A stretch of 64,000 nucleotides of DNA from Scyliorhinus canicula (taxonomy: Eukaryota): contig NW_024055837.1 of assembly GCF_902713615.1 (NCBI RefSeq), forward strand, positions 1 through 64,000, given 5' to 3'. Numbering within the stretch: the stretch's first letter is position 1; each line of letters opens with the position of its first letter. The notes under the pieces were generated by a model, which saw nothing but the letters and a program-made list of their open reading frames with translations, had not been told where the DNA came from and searched no databases. Made by a program: the position numbers and the translations under genes. Positions 1-12,800 of the stretch are shown here, one piece after another.

Positions 1-102
1 GGCTCGATGGGCCGAATGGCCTCCTTCTGCACTGTAAAATTCTATGATTGGTAGGATTTCCTCTCTCAGTCTGATCCGCGGGGTGTGTCTGGCGGCATTT
101 CC

Positions 103-410
103 CTGACGGTAGCACAGTGGGTACCACAGTTGCTTCACAGCGCCAGGGTTCCGAGTTCAATTCTCGCTTGGGTCACTGCCTGTGCGGAGTCTGCACTTTC
201 TCCCAGTGTCTGCGTGGGTTTCCTCCAGGTGCTCCTTGTTTCCTCCCACAAGTCCCGAAAGATGCGCTTGTTTCGGTGAATGGACATTCTGAATTCTCCC
301 TCTGTGTACCCAAACAGGCGCCAGAGTATGTTGACCTGGGGCTTTTCACAGTAACTTCACGCAGTGTTAATGTAATTCTACATGTGACAATAATAAAGAT
401 TATTATTATT
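103..410 (+). mobile_element. V-SINE (HE1-like) with (ATT)n tail
   Basis: tRNA-like head, V-domain core GGTCACTG..TGCGGAGTCTGCAC..GGGTTTCCTCC, and tail TTCACAGTAAC..GTGACAATAATAAAGATTATTATT. Confidence 0.8.
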
Positions 411-689
411 GTGTTTGTGTATTTTAGGGAGCAGGTAGAACTTCCTTGGTTCGACCTGTTGTCCCCTCAGATATTCCACCTGTTTTTGGTTTAATGTGTC
501 TGGACTCTGAGTTCTTCCTGTCTGTCTCCAATTCTCCTTCTTGTCTCGGGTATATGGGTCGAGGTCGCTTGGTGTGTGATTCGTTATTGTCTAGTTGTCT
601 GTCTGTCTCCAGCAGGTATTGTTGTCTCTCGATAATGACTGTGCTGCTACTCTTGTCTTTCATCTTATGAACTATCCGTGTTGGATCCA

Positions 690-1330
690 AGCTCCCGGAT
701 TGTCCTGTCCTTTCTCTCCGAGTGAGGTTCTGTTTGTCTCTTGTATTTCACTGTGACAGGGCAGTGACCCGATTGAAGGGATTCAAACATGGGAGTTCTG
801 GGAAAGATGTCACCTCCCAAGGATTTGGGAGGTGACAACATGTTCAAAGAGTTTGGAGAGGAGGCAGTAATGAAGATGGGTCAATAAGTTGTAAGGATGG
901 CAGGGTCAAGGGTTTGTTTATTGAGGGATGATGATGGCAGATTTGAAGGACAGAGGGACAATACCTGAAGAGAGAGAATGTTGACAATACCCATGGACAC
1001 AGGGTAATTGGTCTGATCAGTAACTCAGTGGGATTATAGGGTCGATGGAGCAGGAGCTGGGTCTCATGGAGAAATGAGCTCTGAGAGGGCATGAGGGGAA
1101 GATGGAGAGAAACTAGAGAATAGACGGGGGTTCAGGCTCGGGAAAGGATTAACTTTAGAGACAGTTTGGTCCAGTGGGATCGTGGAAGGGAGGGAAGCAG
1201 CAGAGGCAGCTGATCGGATATGACTCAATCTCAGTCACAAAGAGGCATCACAAGCTCCCTGGCTTGTGTTGGAGGTGAGGATGGAGGATGGAGGTGAGGA
1301 TGAAGAGACAGGGGAGAGCTGACAAGGGAT
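690..1330 (-). mobile_element. Degenerate L2-like LINE RT fragment
   Basis: Minus-strand translation (ORF 844..1092) loosely resembles the pre-RT region of L2 LINEs; frameshifted. Confidence 0.45.
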
Positions 1331-1509
1331 CTGACTTGTGTCAGAGATATTAAAAAGCTTCAACACATCTGCGCATATTAACCAAATCTAATTTATTTGA
1401 CAGTTTAGCCAGAATATTAGCCCCTGTAAATAGGCTGGAGTTTGTTATCAGCAGAAGAGACCCAATATGACATGGTTTCAGTCCTGAATGTGAGGAACAG
1501 CAAAATTCA

Positions 1510-2846
<1,337 letters not shown>

Positions 2847-3144
2847 CTGTAAAACTGATTTAAGACAGAAAATGGTGAGTGAGAGAGAACCCACGAAAAA
2901 CACAAAGGCAGGTTGTGAAATTGAGCTGAATGAATCTGGTCACTTGTGGGGCCGGCTCTGGGAAAAAGTGACCATGAAAACTGCTGGATTGTCAGAAAAA
3001 CCCAACTGGCCCTCTTGGGAGGAGAGAGAAAGAGGTGAAGAGAGATTTGCTATCTACAAGATAAGATTATAGAGAATAGAGATGGCAAAAGCAAACTCGA
3101 TCTTGAGCTCATTAAACAGCAATATTGATACCAAAACTATGCTT

Positions 3145-3495
3145 CTGGTGGCATGGTGATTAGCACTGCTGCCTCACAGTGCCGGGACCCGGGTTCAATT
3201 CTGGCCTTGGTGACTGTCTGTGTGGAGTTTGCACGTTTCTCCCATGTCTGTGTGTCCCCGGAGCTCAGGTTTCCTCCAACAGTCCAAAGAAGGGAAAGTT
3301 AGGTGGATTGGCCTTGATAAATTGCCCTTAGTGTCCAGTGATGTGCAGGTTAGGTGGGGCTATGGGATTACAGGAGACAGGGTAGGAGTGATGGGCCGAG
3401 GCAGGGTAGCCCTTTCAGAGAATCAGTGCAGACTCGATGGGCTGAAATGGCCTCCTTTCGCACTGTAGGAATTTATGGTTCTAATTTTATTCTAT
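3145..3495 (+). mobile_element. V-SINE (HE1-like), diverged
   Basis: Head, V core and GGCC..CCTCCTT..GCACTGTA tail. Confidence 0.75.
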
Positions 3496-3668
3496 GAATC
3501 TTTATAAAGCCTGGTCAGTCACCACTCTTCAGGAAGAATGGGAAGGTTCTTGGAGAGGTGCAGAGGAGATTTACCAGGAATGGATTCCAGCAAAGGAGGT
3601 TGAGGGGAGATTTGATTCAGGTGCCACAGATTATTGCCAGATTTCCATCAGGTGGACAAAGAAACTCT

Positions 3669-4347
3669 GGGCGATTCTCCCAAAGGCCCCCGCCGTCGTG
3701 AAACCTGGAGAGGCTCACAATCGGCGTCAATAGCCTCTCCCAGCCCCCTATTCTGCCCTCCCGTGGGGATAGACGGGCCGTGTTGGGTAACTCGGCCGAA
3801 GGCCTGGCGCGTTGAAAATGTCGCGGCTGACGCGCCTAATGACGTCAGCTGCGCATGCGCAGGTTGGATAGCGCCAATCCGCGCATGACGTCATGGACGA
3901 TGACGGCACAAACCCGCGCATGCGCGGTGGCCGTCATTCCCCTCAGCCGCCCCGCAAGACGTGGCGGCTTGATCTTGCGGGGCAGGCGGAGATAAATAGT
4001 GCGTCCGATTTGGGCCGTACGATCGATGGGCAGCGGGCCTGTCCCCTCCTGAGCACAGTCGTGGTGCTCTTGCCCCTGTAGGCCACCCAGATCCCAAACG
4101 GGCTTTCACACTCCCGTTCACGACGGCAGCGACCAGGTGTGTTTGCCGCCGTCGTGAACTGGTCGTGAAACGGCCGCCACGATCGGCCATCGGGGTCGGA
4201 GAATCGCGGGCTGCCGTGAAAAACAGTGGACCGCGATTCTCGCGGTTTTGCGGCACGCCATTTTGGGGGGGTGGGGAGAATAGCGGGATGTGCGGGAGCT
4301 CACCTCCCGTTATTCCCTACCCATCATGGGAGCGGAGAATCGCGCCC
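3669..4347. mobile_element. PIF/Harbinger-type MITE, CpG-rich
   Basis: Imperfect TIRs GGGCGATTCTCC (3669) and GGAGAATCGCGCCC (ends 4347); 3-bp flank TCT on both sides (3666-3668, 4348-4350); no transposase. Confidence 0.65.
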
Positions 4348-4399
4348 TCTGTTTCCATTCACTGATCGTACAAACAGTCGTGAAACACAGATTAAAATT

Positions 4400-4785
4400 T
4401 TTGGGTAAAACCTGGATTGAATGATACAAGATCCTGAGGGGTCTTGACAGGGTGGATGTGGAGAGGATGTTTCCTCTTGTGGGAGAACCTGGAACGAGGG
4501 CATCACTGTTGCAAAATAAGGGTCGCCCATTCAGATGGAGATGAGGATTTTTTTATTCTCTTGAGGGTTGTAAGACTTTTGAAATCACGTCCTTAAAAGG
4601 CAGTGGAGCAGAGCCTTGAATATTTTTAAGGCAGAGCTGGATAGATTCCTTGATGAGGCAAGGGGGTGAAAGGTTATCAGGTGTAGGCAGGAATGTGGAG
4701 TTGAGGTTAGAATGAGATCAGCCGCAATCTTATTGAATGCTGAGCAGGCTCGAGGGACCTGGAGTGCCTGTTCCTAGTTGTATGT
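4400..4785 (+). mobile_element. CR1 LINE 3' fragment
   Basis: CR1-type 3' region ending GGCTCGAGGG..CCTGTTCCTAGTTGTATGT, similar to the tail at about 50790-50845. Confidence 0.6.
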
Positions 4786-5224
4786 AAAAGATACAGGAGA
4801 TATGAGGTGATAGGAGATATGTTTCTACACAGCAAGCGCAATGAACTGAAACTTGCTGCCATTGAGGAGTTTGAAAATAGACAAATGAATGATTTGATTT
4901 CAAAAGGAAATTGGATAGACATTTGAGGGAAATAAACCTGCGAGGATACAGGATAGAGCTGGAATGGCACAGACTGGATTGCTCCAGAGAGCTAGCATGG
5001 ATTCAATGGGCCGAATGCCCATTCTCTGTGCCATCATGTCTCTAACTCGTTTGTGTAATCTAGTAATTTAACCCCGGGAGGGTTCAGATATCACTCAGGT
5101 AAATCTGTGCTCACACTCCCTCCGAGGCCTTCTATCCTTCCTCAGGTTTGTTTGCCCAGAACTGAACACAGTTCTCCAGGTTTGGCCTAACCAGGGTTTG
5201 TGAATCTCGGGGCTTTTCCCGTCA

Positions 5225-5393
5225 CACTGAGACCGGAAATCTTCCCTCACAGACAGAACAGACAAACCTTTTAACCTTCCACACCCATGATGCTGCTGAA
5301 ATCAGTTCTACTGAATCGAGTGACCTCTGTCAGATCGCAATGGTGACGTTTGGTTTGCGTTTCCCGTCTGTTAAACCTCCTCCTTCCAGTATC
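5225..5393 (-). pseudogene. Truncated 5' part of a second zinc-finger exon
   Basis: Acceptor TTTTACAG|GAT at 5393; following sequence is homologous to the start of the 2846 exon (GGAAAC.CAAA.CAA.CGTCAC...GATCTGACAGAG). Confidence 0.55.
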
Positions 5394-5829
5394 CTGTAAA
5401 ATTTACAGAAACCTCAGTTTAGGGTAGAAATTCACAACATTCTCTCCTCGCCAACTTTGATTAAATGTATTCCTGGAGGTTTGATCACATAACCTGCCCC
5501 CATCCTCCAGCCATTAATCGGTCAACACATCCATCCTTGTGACACATGCCTTCCTCGGCCAATTGGGAAGCAAAGTGACTGATTATCTTTCAGGACAGTT
5601 ACTGTCCTAACGATTTTCCAGACACCCAGATATGAATCTCAACACAGGGAGTTGGTGTGAACCCAGGCAGGAGGAGCTTCGGAACAGTAAATATAAATAA
5701 CGTACCTCAGGAATTCACGGCCTAGACAGCAGGGAGAGGAGTTGGCGGAAATCCAGGGCGGAAGGAGCTTCGGAACAGTGAATATAAATAACTTACCTCA
5801 GAGTAAAGCTGATTGGCTGGTTGGGAATC

Positions 5830-6826
5830 TGTTCTAAGTTTGAGAAACTGGAGTAATTAACTAAGTCGGGAGTAACTCGGAGATCAGTAACTTGGAGATT
5901 GCTGTTAGTATCTATAATCAATGATTTGGATGAGAATTTATAAGGCATGACCATCAGTAAGTTTGCAGATGACACTAAAATAGGTGGTTGTCGGCAGTGA
6001 AAGGTTATCAAAATTGCAGCAGGATCTTGATCAGCTGGGGAAGTGGGCCGAGAAATGGCAAATGGTGTTCAATACAGATAAGTGTGAGGTGTTGCATTTC
6101 AGAAAGTCAAATCCAAGGTCGGACTTTCACAGTGAATAGTAGGGCCTTGGGGTGTATCATGGAACAGAGGGATCTTGGAGTTCAGGTGCACGGTTCTCTA
6201 AAGGTGGAGTCACAGGTAGATAGGGCAGCAAGGTAGCATAGTGGCTAGCACAGTTGCTTCACAGCTCCAGGGTCCCAGGTTCGATTCCCAGCTGGGTCAC
6301 TGTCTGTGAGTATGGTGTTCAGTTTTGGTCACCTTGCTATATGAAATATGTTATTAAACCGGAGAGAGCGCAGAAGAGATTTACAAGGACGTTGCCAGGA
6401 CTCAAGGGACTGAGTTATAGGGAGAGATTGGACAGGCCAGGACCTTTTTCTTTGGAGCGTAGGGGACTTAGGGGAGATCTTATAGAGGTGTATAAGATCA
6501 TGGGAGGCATGGATAGGGTGAATGCACTCAGTTTTTCTCAGGATTAGGGAGTCAGGAACTAGAGGGCACAGGTTTATGTTCAGAGGGGGAAGAATTAATG
6601 GGAACCTAAGGATCAACACTTTTACACAGAGGATAGTACGGAATGAGCTGCCGGAGGGAGTTGAGGCAGGGACATTGCCAACACTGAAAAGGCATTTGGA
6701 CAGATACATGGATAGGAAAGGTTCAGAGGGATCTGGGCCAAATACAGGCCAATGGGATTGACTTAGATGAGCTTTTTGGTTGGCATGGACCAGTTTGGGC
6801 CGGTCTCCGTGCTGTAGATTCTATGA
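5830..6826 (+). mobile_element. CR1 (HER1-like) LINE 3' fragment interrupted by a SINE head at about 6221-6305
   Basis: KFADDTK, EQRDLGVQVHGSLK and YGVQFWSP motifs; CR1 3' tail. Confidence 0.8.
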
Positions 6827-7044
6827 ACCCCAAGTCTCTTTGGACAACCCACTGTACTGAACCTCTTTTCATTCAGAAAGTGCTCAGTTCGATCCTTTTT
6901 TGGATCAAAACAGATAACCTCACACTTGTTTATACTGCCACAATCTTGCCCATTCACCTTGTCTGTCAATATCTTCTTGCAATTTAATGCAATCATCTAT
7001 GCTGTCTATGATGCCACCGAACTTTGTATCATCAGCAACTCCAA

Positions 7045-7231
7045 GGGGCTGGTTTAGCACACTGGGCTAAATCGCTGGCTTTGAAAGCAGACCAAGGCAG
7101 GCCAGCAGCACGGTTCAATTCTTGTACCAGCCTCCCCAAACAGATGCCGGAAAGTGGCGACTAGGGACTTTTCACAGTAACATCATTTGATGCCTACTTG
7201 TGACAATAAGCGATTTTCATTTCATTTCATT
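7045..7231 (+). mobile_element. tRNA-derived short SINE with (CATTT)n tail; further copies at 32797-32972 (+), 36606-36782 (-), 51361-51540 (-)
   Basis: Pol III A box TGGTTTAGC and B box GGTTCAATTC; tail TTTTCACAGTAAC..GTGACAATAAGCGATTTTCATTTCATTT; four similar copies in the window. Confidence 0.8.
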
Positions 7232-7833
7232 TTTCTTTCATTTTTTTCAGTGCAGAAGAGGCCCTTCGGTCCAGCGAATTTGCACCGACACATGATAAAC
7301 CTGACCCACCTACCTAATCCTATTTGCCAGCACTTGGCTCATAGCCTTCAATGTTATGACGTGCCAGTCTTCATCCAGGTACATTTTTAGAGAATGTGAG
7401 GGAACCCGTCTCTATCACCCTCCGAAGGCAGTGCATTCCAGACCACCCTCTGGGTAAAATCATTTTTCTTCAGTACATGTGTCAATAAATCTAATCCCCA
7501 CTCTCTGCTGTCTGTTGGTTAGCCAATCCTCTATCCAAGCCAATATATTATCTCTTAACCCTGTGGGATTTTACGTTATTACCTTTTGTGTTATGGGGAT
7601 CGGGTGGAGGTGTTGACCTTGGGTAGGGTAGGGTGCTCTTTCCAAGATCCGGTGCAGACTCGATGGGCCGAATGGCCTCCTTCTGCACTGTAAATTCTAT
7701 GTAAACTATGTGTGACACCTTATCAAATGTATTCTGGGAGTCCAAATACATCTACAAACCCCATTATCCACTTGGCGTGTTCCATCGTCCAAGAACTGCA
7801 TGAAATGAGTCAAACATGATTTACTCTTCACAA

Positions 7834-8181
7834 GGGGCAGCAGGGTAGCATGGTGGTTAGCATAAATGCTTCACAGCTCCAGGGTCCCAGGTTCGATTCC
7901 CGCTGGGTCACTGTCTGTGTGGAGTCTGCACGTCCTCCCCCTGTGTGCGTGGGTTTCCTCCGGGTGCTCCGGTTTCCTCCCACAGTCCAAAGATGTGCGG
8001 GTTAGGTGGATTGGCCATGCTAAATTGCCCGTAGTGTCCTAATAAAAGTAAGGTTAAGGGGGGCTTGTTGGGTTATGGGTATAGGGTGGATATGTGGGTT
8101 TGAGTAGGGTGATCATGGCTCGGCACAACATTGAGGGCCGAAGGGCCTGTTCTGTGCTGTACTGTTCTATGTCTATGTTCT
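7834..8181 (+). mobile_element. Young V-SINE (HE1-like); near-identical copies at 42733-43092 (+) and 26947-27232 (-)
   Basis: GGGGCAGCAGGGTAGCATGG head, V core, CR1-derived tail GAGGGCCGAAGGGCCTGTTCTGTGCTGTACTGTTCTATG. Confidence 0.9.
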
Positions 8182-8499
8182 AAAACCACACTGATTCTGA
8201 TGGATTGCAGTTTGACTTTCCAAATGTCCAGTTACTACTTCCTCAATAATGGATTCCAACAGTTTCCCAACAACAGGCGTTAAACTAGCTAATTTCCTAC
8301 TTTCTGCCTTTTTTGACCTAATCCAGTGACATTGGAGATTTTCTCAGTGACCCTCAGTCAGAATCACTGAGACTAACTTTAAATTCCAGATTTTATTAAT
8401 TTAATGGATTGGAGCCGATGTCCCCAGAACATTTTCCTGTCTCTCTGGGTGACTAATGCAGTGACATTGTCACTGGGTCAGTCTCTCTGAGGTTGTTTG

Positions 8500-9030
8500 T
8501 GGAGAGAAGCCGGAAGTGACGGACAGCGAGAGTGGTGTTTCACATTCGGCTCTGGGGTTTGTAAACCCCGCCCCCCGAACCTGACCTCATCTGACACCTC
8601 ACAATGCGCGACGTGATTGACGGCAGCACCGACGAATAGGCTGGAACTGGTCGGGAGTGACTGGTCCTCCAGCCAATCAGCGCAGCGTGATCGAAAGGGC
8701 GGGACAGGGCTGAATTAAGCATGCCCAATATGATTCATGGCGACGCAGAAAAACGTTCGTTCTCCGTGATGGTGGGAATGGCGGGACGGAGGGAGAGCTC
8801 GATTAGGCGGGTCGTTAGACACGCTTCGTGAACTTGTTATTTGCACCGAAAATCGGGAAAAAACCTACCGGTGCCTGGGGATCTGAGTGGAGGCCGCAGC
8901 TTTGTTACAGACGAGACTATGCGGCCGCCATCTTTATTTGGTACTGGCAATGGTGCGCATGCGCACCCACCATCTTTATTGGGACATAAGCAGCAGAGCG
9001 CATGCGCAGTCCCCATCATTGTTGGGGGCA
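8500..9030. promoter_or_regulatory. CpG-island promoter, probably of the minus-strand zinc-finger gene(s)
   Basis: CpG-rich; ETS-type CCGGAAGT 8510-8517, CCAAT 8673-8677, YY1-type GCCGCCATCTT 8924-8934, NRF1-type GCGCATGCGC 8955-8964 and 8998-9007. Confidence 0.6.
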
Positions 9031-9880
9031 ACATTTTTGAAATGTTTCTTCATGACAGAGTGTCCAGCAAACTGCTTCACTCTGAGTTACAAATTCCTAT
9101 TTATAGGGCAGAATAATGTCCAGAACAGTGACAATAATTCGAATTTATATTATGACTTGAACAGAATATAACTTTTCAGAGAAAAGTTCAGAGAAACATT
9201 ACAAAATAACAATTGACACAGAGTCACATGAGGAGATATTAGATTTTAAGGAGAATCTTAACTGAGGAAAGTGAGTTTGAGAGTCGGAGTTTTAAGGAGG
9301 AAATTCCAGAAATTGAGGCCTTGGCAACGCAGTAATGGTAGAGAGATTCAAATCAGGAATTCTCAAGTGGCTGGAATTAAATGAGTGCAGAGATCTCAAA
9401 GGGGTGTGTGTGGAGGAGATTACAGAGATCAGGGATGATCACTACCATGGAGGAAAAGAATAATGAGAAATTTAAACTTTTTGTGCCTTTTAAAAGGAAG
9501 CATTTCAGTGGATCAGTGGGCACAGCGGCTGGTGTGAGTAAGCACATGGGTAGCAGAGTTTGGGATGGGATGGAGGGGGTTGTTTAATGTTGGAGTCCGG
9601 CTGCCAGTGCATTGGAATAATTTGGTTGAGAAGTAACAGAAGAATGGATGATGGTTCCTGCAGCAGATGAATAGAGACTAAGGTGGAGTTGAGCTATGTT
9701 CCTGAGGTGGAAATCGGCAATCTTGGTGATGATGTGGATCTGGTCAAGACCTCATCTCGGGGTGAAATATTTCACCATGGTTGTGAACAGTCTGCTTTAG
9801 CCTCAGACATTTGACAGCAATGGAATTGGTGGCAAGGGAGTGGAGTTTGTAGCCGGGACAGGAAGGGAATGGGTTCAGTC

Positions 9881-12800
9881 TTTTTTTTAATAAACAATTT
9901 TATTGAGGTAGTTTTTGGCTTTATAAACAGTTACAGACATCATCAGAAAGAAAGCAAAAAAGGCAAAAATGTGCATACATCCACGTACTTTCAATACTTC
10001 CATCGTAACATATTGCACAAGCCCGCTCCCCTCCCACCGGTACTACCCGCCATATTTTCCCTCCTACTTTACTCTACACCTCCCCCCACTCCCCTGCTGA
10101 CACTCACTCTCCCGCAAAGAAGTCAATAAATGGTTGCCACCTCCGGGTGAACCCCTGCACAGATCCCCTCAAGGCGAACTTAATTTTTTCCATCCCCAGG
10201 AAACTCGACATGTCCGCAAGCCACCACTCATCCTCGGGGCTTTGAGTCCCTCCACGCCAATAATATTCGTCGCCGGGCTATCAGGGAAGCAAAGGCCAAC
10301 ACATCGGCCTCTTTCTCCCCCTGGACGCCCGGTCTTCCGAAAACCCCAAAAATTGCCACCCCTGGGCTCATCACCACCCTTGTTTTTAGCACCTGGGACA
10401 TGACCCCCGCAAATCCCTCCCAGTACCCCCTCAGCTCAGGGCATGCCCAAAACATGTGAACATGGTTCGCTGGTCCTCCCGCGCACCTAGCGCATTTGTC
10501 CTCTATCCCGAAAAATTTGCTCATCCGAGCCACCGTCATATGGGCCCGGTGAACGACCTTAAATTGGATCAGCCCGAGCCTAGCACATGTCGCGGTCGAG
10601 TTTACCCTACTCAGGGCCTCTGCCCACAGCCCATCCTCCATTTCCCCGCCTAGCTCCTCCTCCCATTTAAGTTTCAGTTCCTCTGTCTGGGACCCTTCCT
10701 CCCTCATGAGCACCTTATAAATACCCGAGACTCTACCCTCCCCTTCATCCCTCCCAGAGACTATTCTGTCTAGGATCCCCATTGGCGGGAGGCGCGGGAA
10801 AGATGGGACCTGTCTACGAACAAAGTCCCGCAACTGTAGGTATCTAAAATCATTCCCCTTACCACCCCCAAATTTCTCCTCCAAGCTCCTCAAACTCGCG
10901 AAGCTCCTTCCAGGAACATATCCCCACCCCTTCCGCCCCTGCTCGCCGCCATACTCGGAACCCCCCATCCATACTGCCGGGGCAAACCGATGGTTGTCGC
11001 AGATTGGCGCCCAGACAGACGCCCCCATCTCCCCCACATGCCTCCTCCACTGGCCCCATATCCGCAGGGTCGCCACCACTACCGGGCTGGTGGTGTACTT
11101 GGCCGGCGGCAGCGGTAGAGGAGCCGTGACCAGGGCTTCCAAACTGGAGCCCCTGCACGAAGCCCGCCTCCACCCGCTCCCAAATAGACCCCGTACCCAC
11201 CATCCACTTCCTTATCATAGCGATGTTGGCCGCCCAGTAATAATTGACCAGACTCGGCAAAGCCAGCCCTCCCTCGCTGCGGTTCCTCTCCAACATCGCC
11301 TTCTTACCCGCGGAGACTTTCCCCGCCCAGACAAAGCTCATGATCAGCCCGTTAACTCTTTTGAAGAAGGACTGTGGGATAAAGATCGGGAGGCACTGAA
11401 AAATAAACAAAAATCGAGGGAGGATTGTCATCTTTACAGTCTGCACCCTCCCTGCCAGCGACAGCGGGAGTGCATCCCATCTCCGAAACTCTCCCTTCAT
11501 TTGCTCCACCACCCTGGCCAAATTTAACTTATGCAGCCTGCCCCAGTCTCGTGCCACCTGGATTCCCAAATACCGGAAATTTTCCTCAACCAGCCTAAAT
11601 GGTAGCCCTCTCAATCTGTTCTCCTGGCCCCTTGCCTGGACCACAAACATTTCACTCTTGACCGTATTTAATTTGTATCCTGAGAACTGGCCGAACTCCC
11701 TCAGCATTCCCAGTATAGTTCCCATCCCGGCCACTGGGTCCGACACGTACAGGAGCAGGTCGTCTGCATAAAGAGAAACCCTGTGTTCAACCCCGCCCCT
11801 CACCATCCCCTTCCAACCCTCTGCGGCTCTCAGCGCCATCGCCAGCGGCTCTATGGCCAGCGCAAACAGCAGCGGGGAGAGCGGGCAGCCCTGCCTGGTC
11901 CCTCGGTACAACCTAAAGTACTCCGACACTTCTCTGTTAGTCCTGACGCTGGCCCTCGGGGCCTGATATAATAATTTGATCCAATCCACCAATCCCTCCC
12001 CGAACCCAAACCGTCCGAGCACCTCCCATAGATAGTCCCACTCTACCCGGTCAAAGGCCTTCTCGGCGTCCATTGCCACCACTACCTCCACATCTCTACC
12101 CGCCGGGGGCATCATTATCACGTTGAGCAATCTCCTCAGATTGGCCGCCAGCTGCCGACCTTTAACGAACCCAGTTTGATCCTCCCCAATCACCTCCGGT
12201 ACACAGTCCTCCATTCCCCCCGCCAGTACCTTTGCCAGGAGCTTGGCGTCTACATTAATCAGGGAGATTGGCCTGTAGGACCCGCACACCTCCGGGTCTT
12301 TACCCCGCTTCAATATCAGAGATATGGTGGCTTGTGACATTGTCGGCGGCAGGGTCCCTCTGTCCCTTGCCTCATTGAAAACCCTCGCCAAGACCGGGCC
12401 CACCAGCTCAGAGAACTTCCTGTAAAACTCTACTGGGTATCCATCCGGCCCCGGGGACTTCCCCGACTGCATGGCCTTTAGGCCCCCCAATACCTCCTCT
12501 ACTCTAATCGGGGCGCCCAGCTCTTCCACTTGCCCCCCCCCAACTGTTGGGAATGTTAACCTGTCCAGAAACCTTTTCATCCCCTCCGGTTCTTCCGGCG
12601 GCTCCGAAGTATACAGCTTACGATAGAAGTCCCGGAATACCTTATTCAATTCTGCCGGATCCTCCACTTTGCGCCCCCCCTCGTCCCTCACTCTACCTAT
12701 TTCCCTGGCCGCCTCCCTCCTCCTGAGTTGCTGCGCTAACAGTCTGCTAGCCTTTTCCCCATACTCGTACACCACTCCCCTCGCCTTCCTAAGCTGTTCC

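Noticed and set aside
7045-8181. tRNA genes
   Set aside because: A and B boxes belong to SINE heads that continue into V-domain or LINE-derived tails; no complete cloverleaf is evident.
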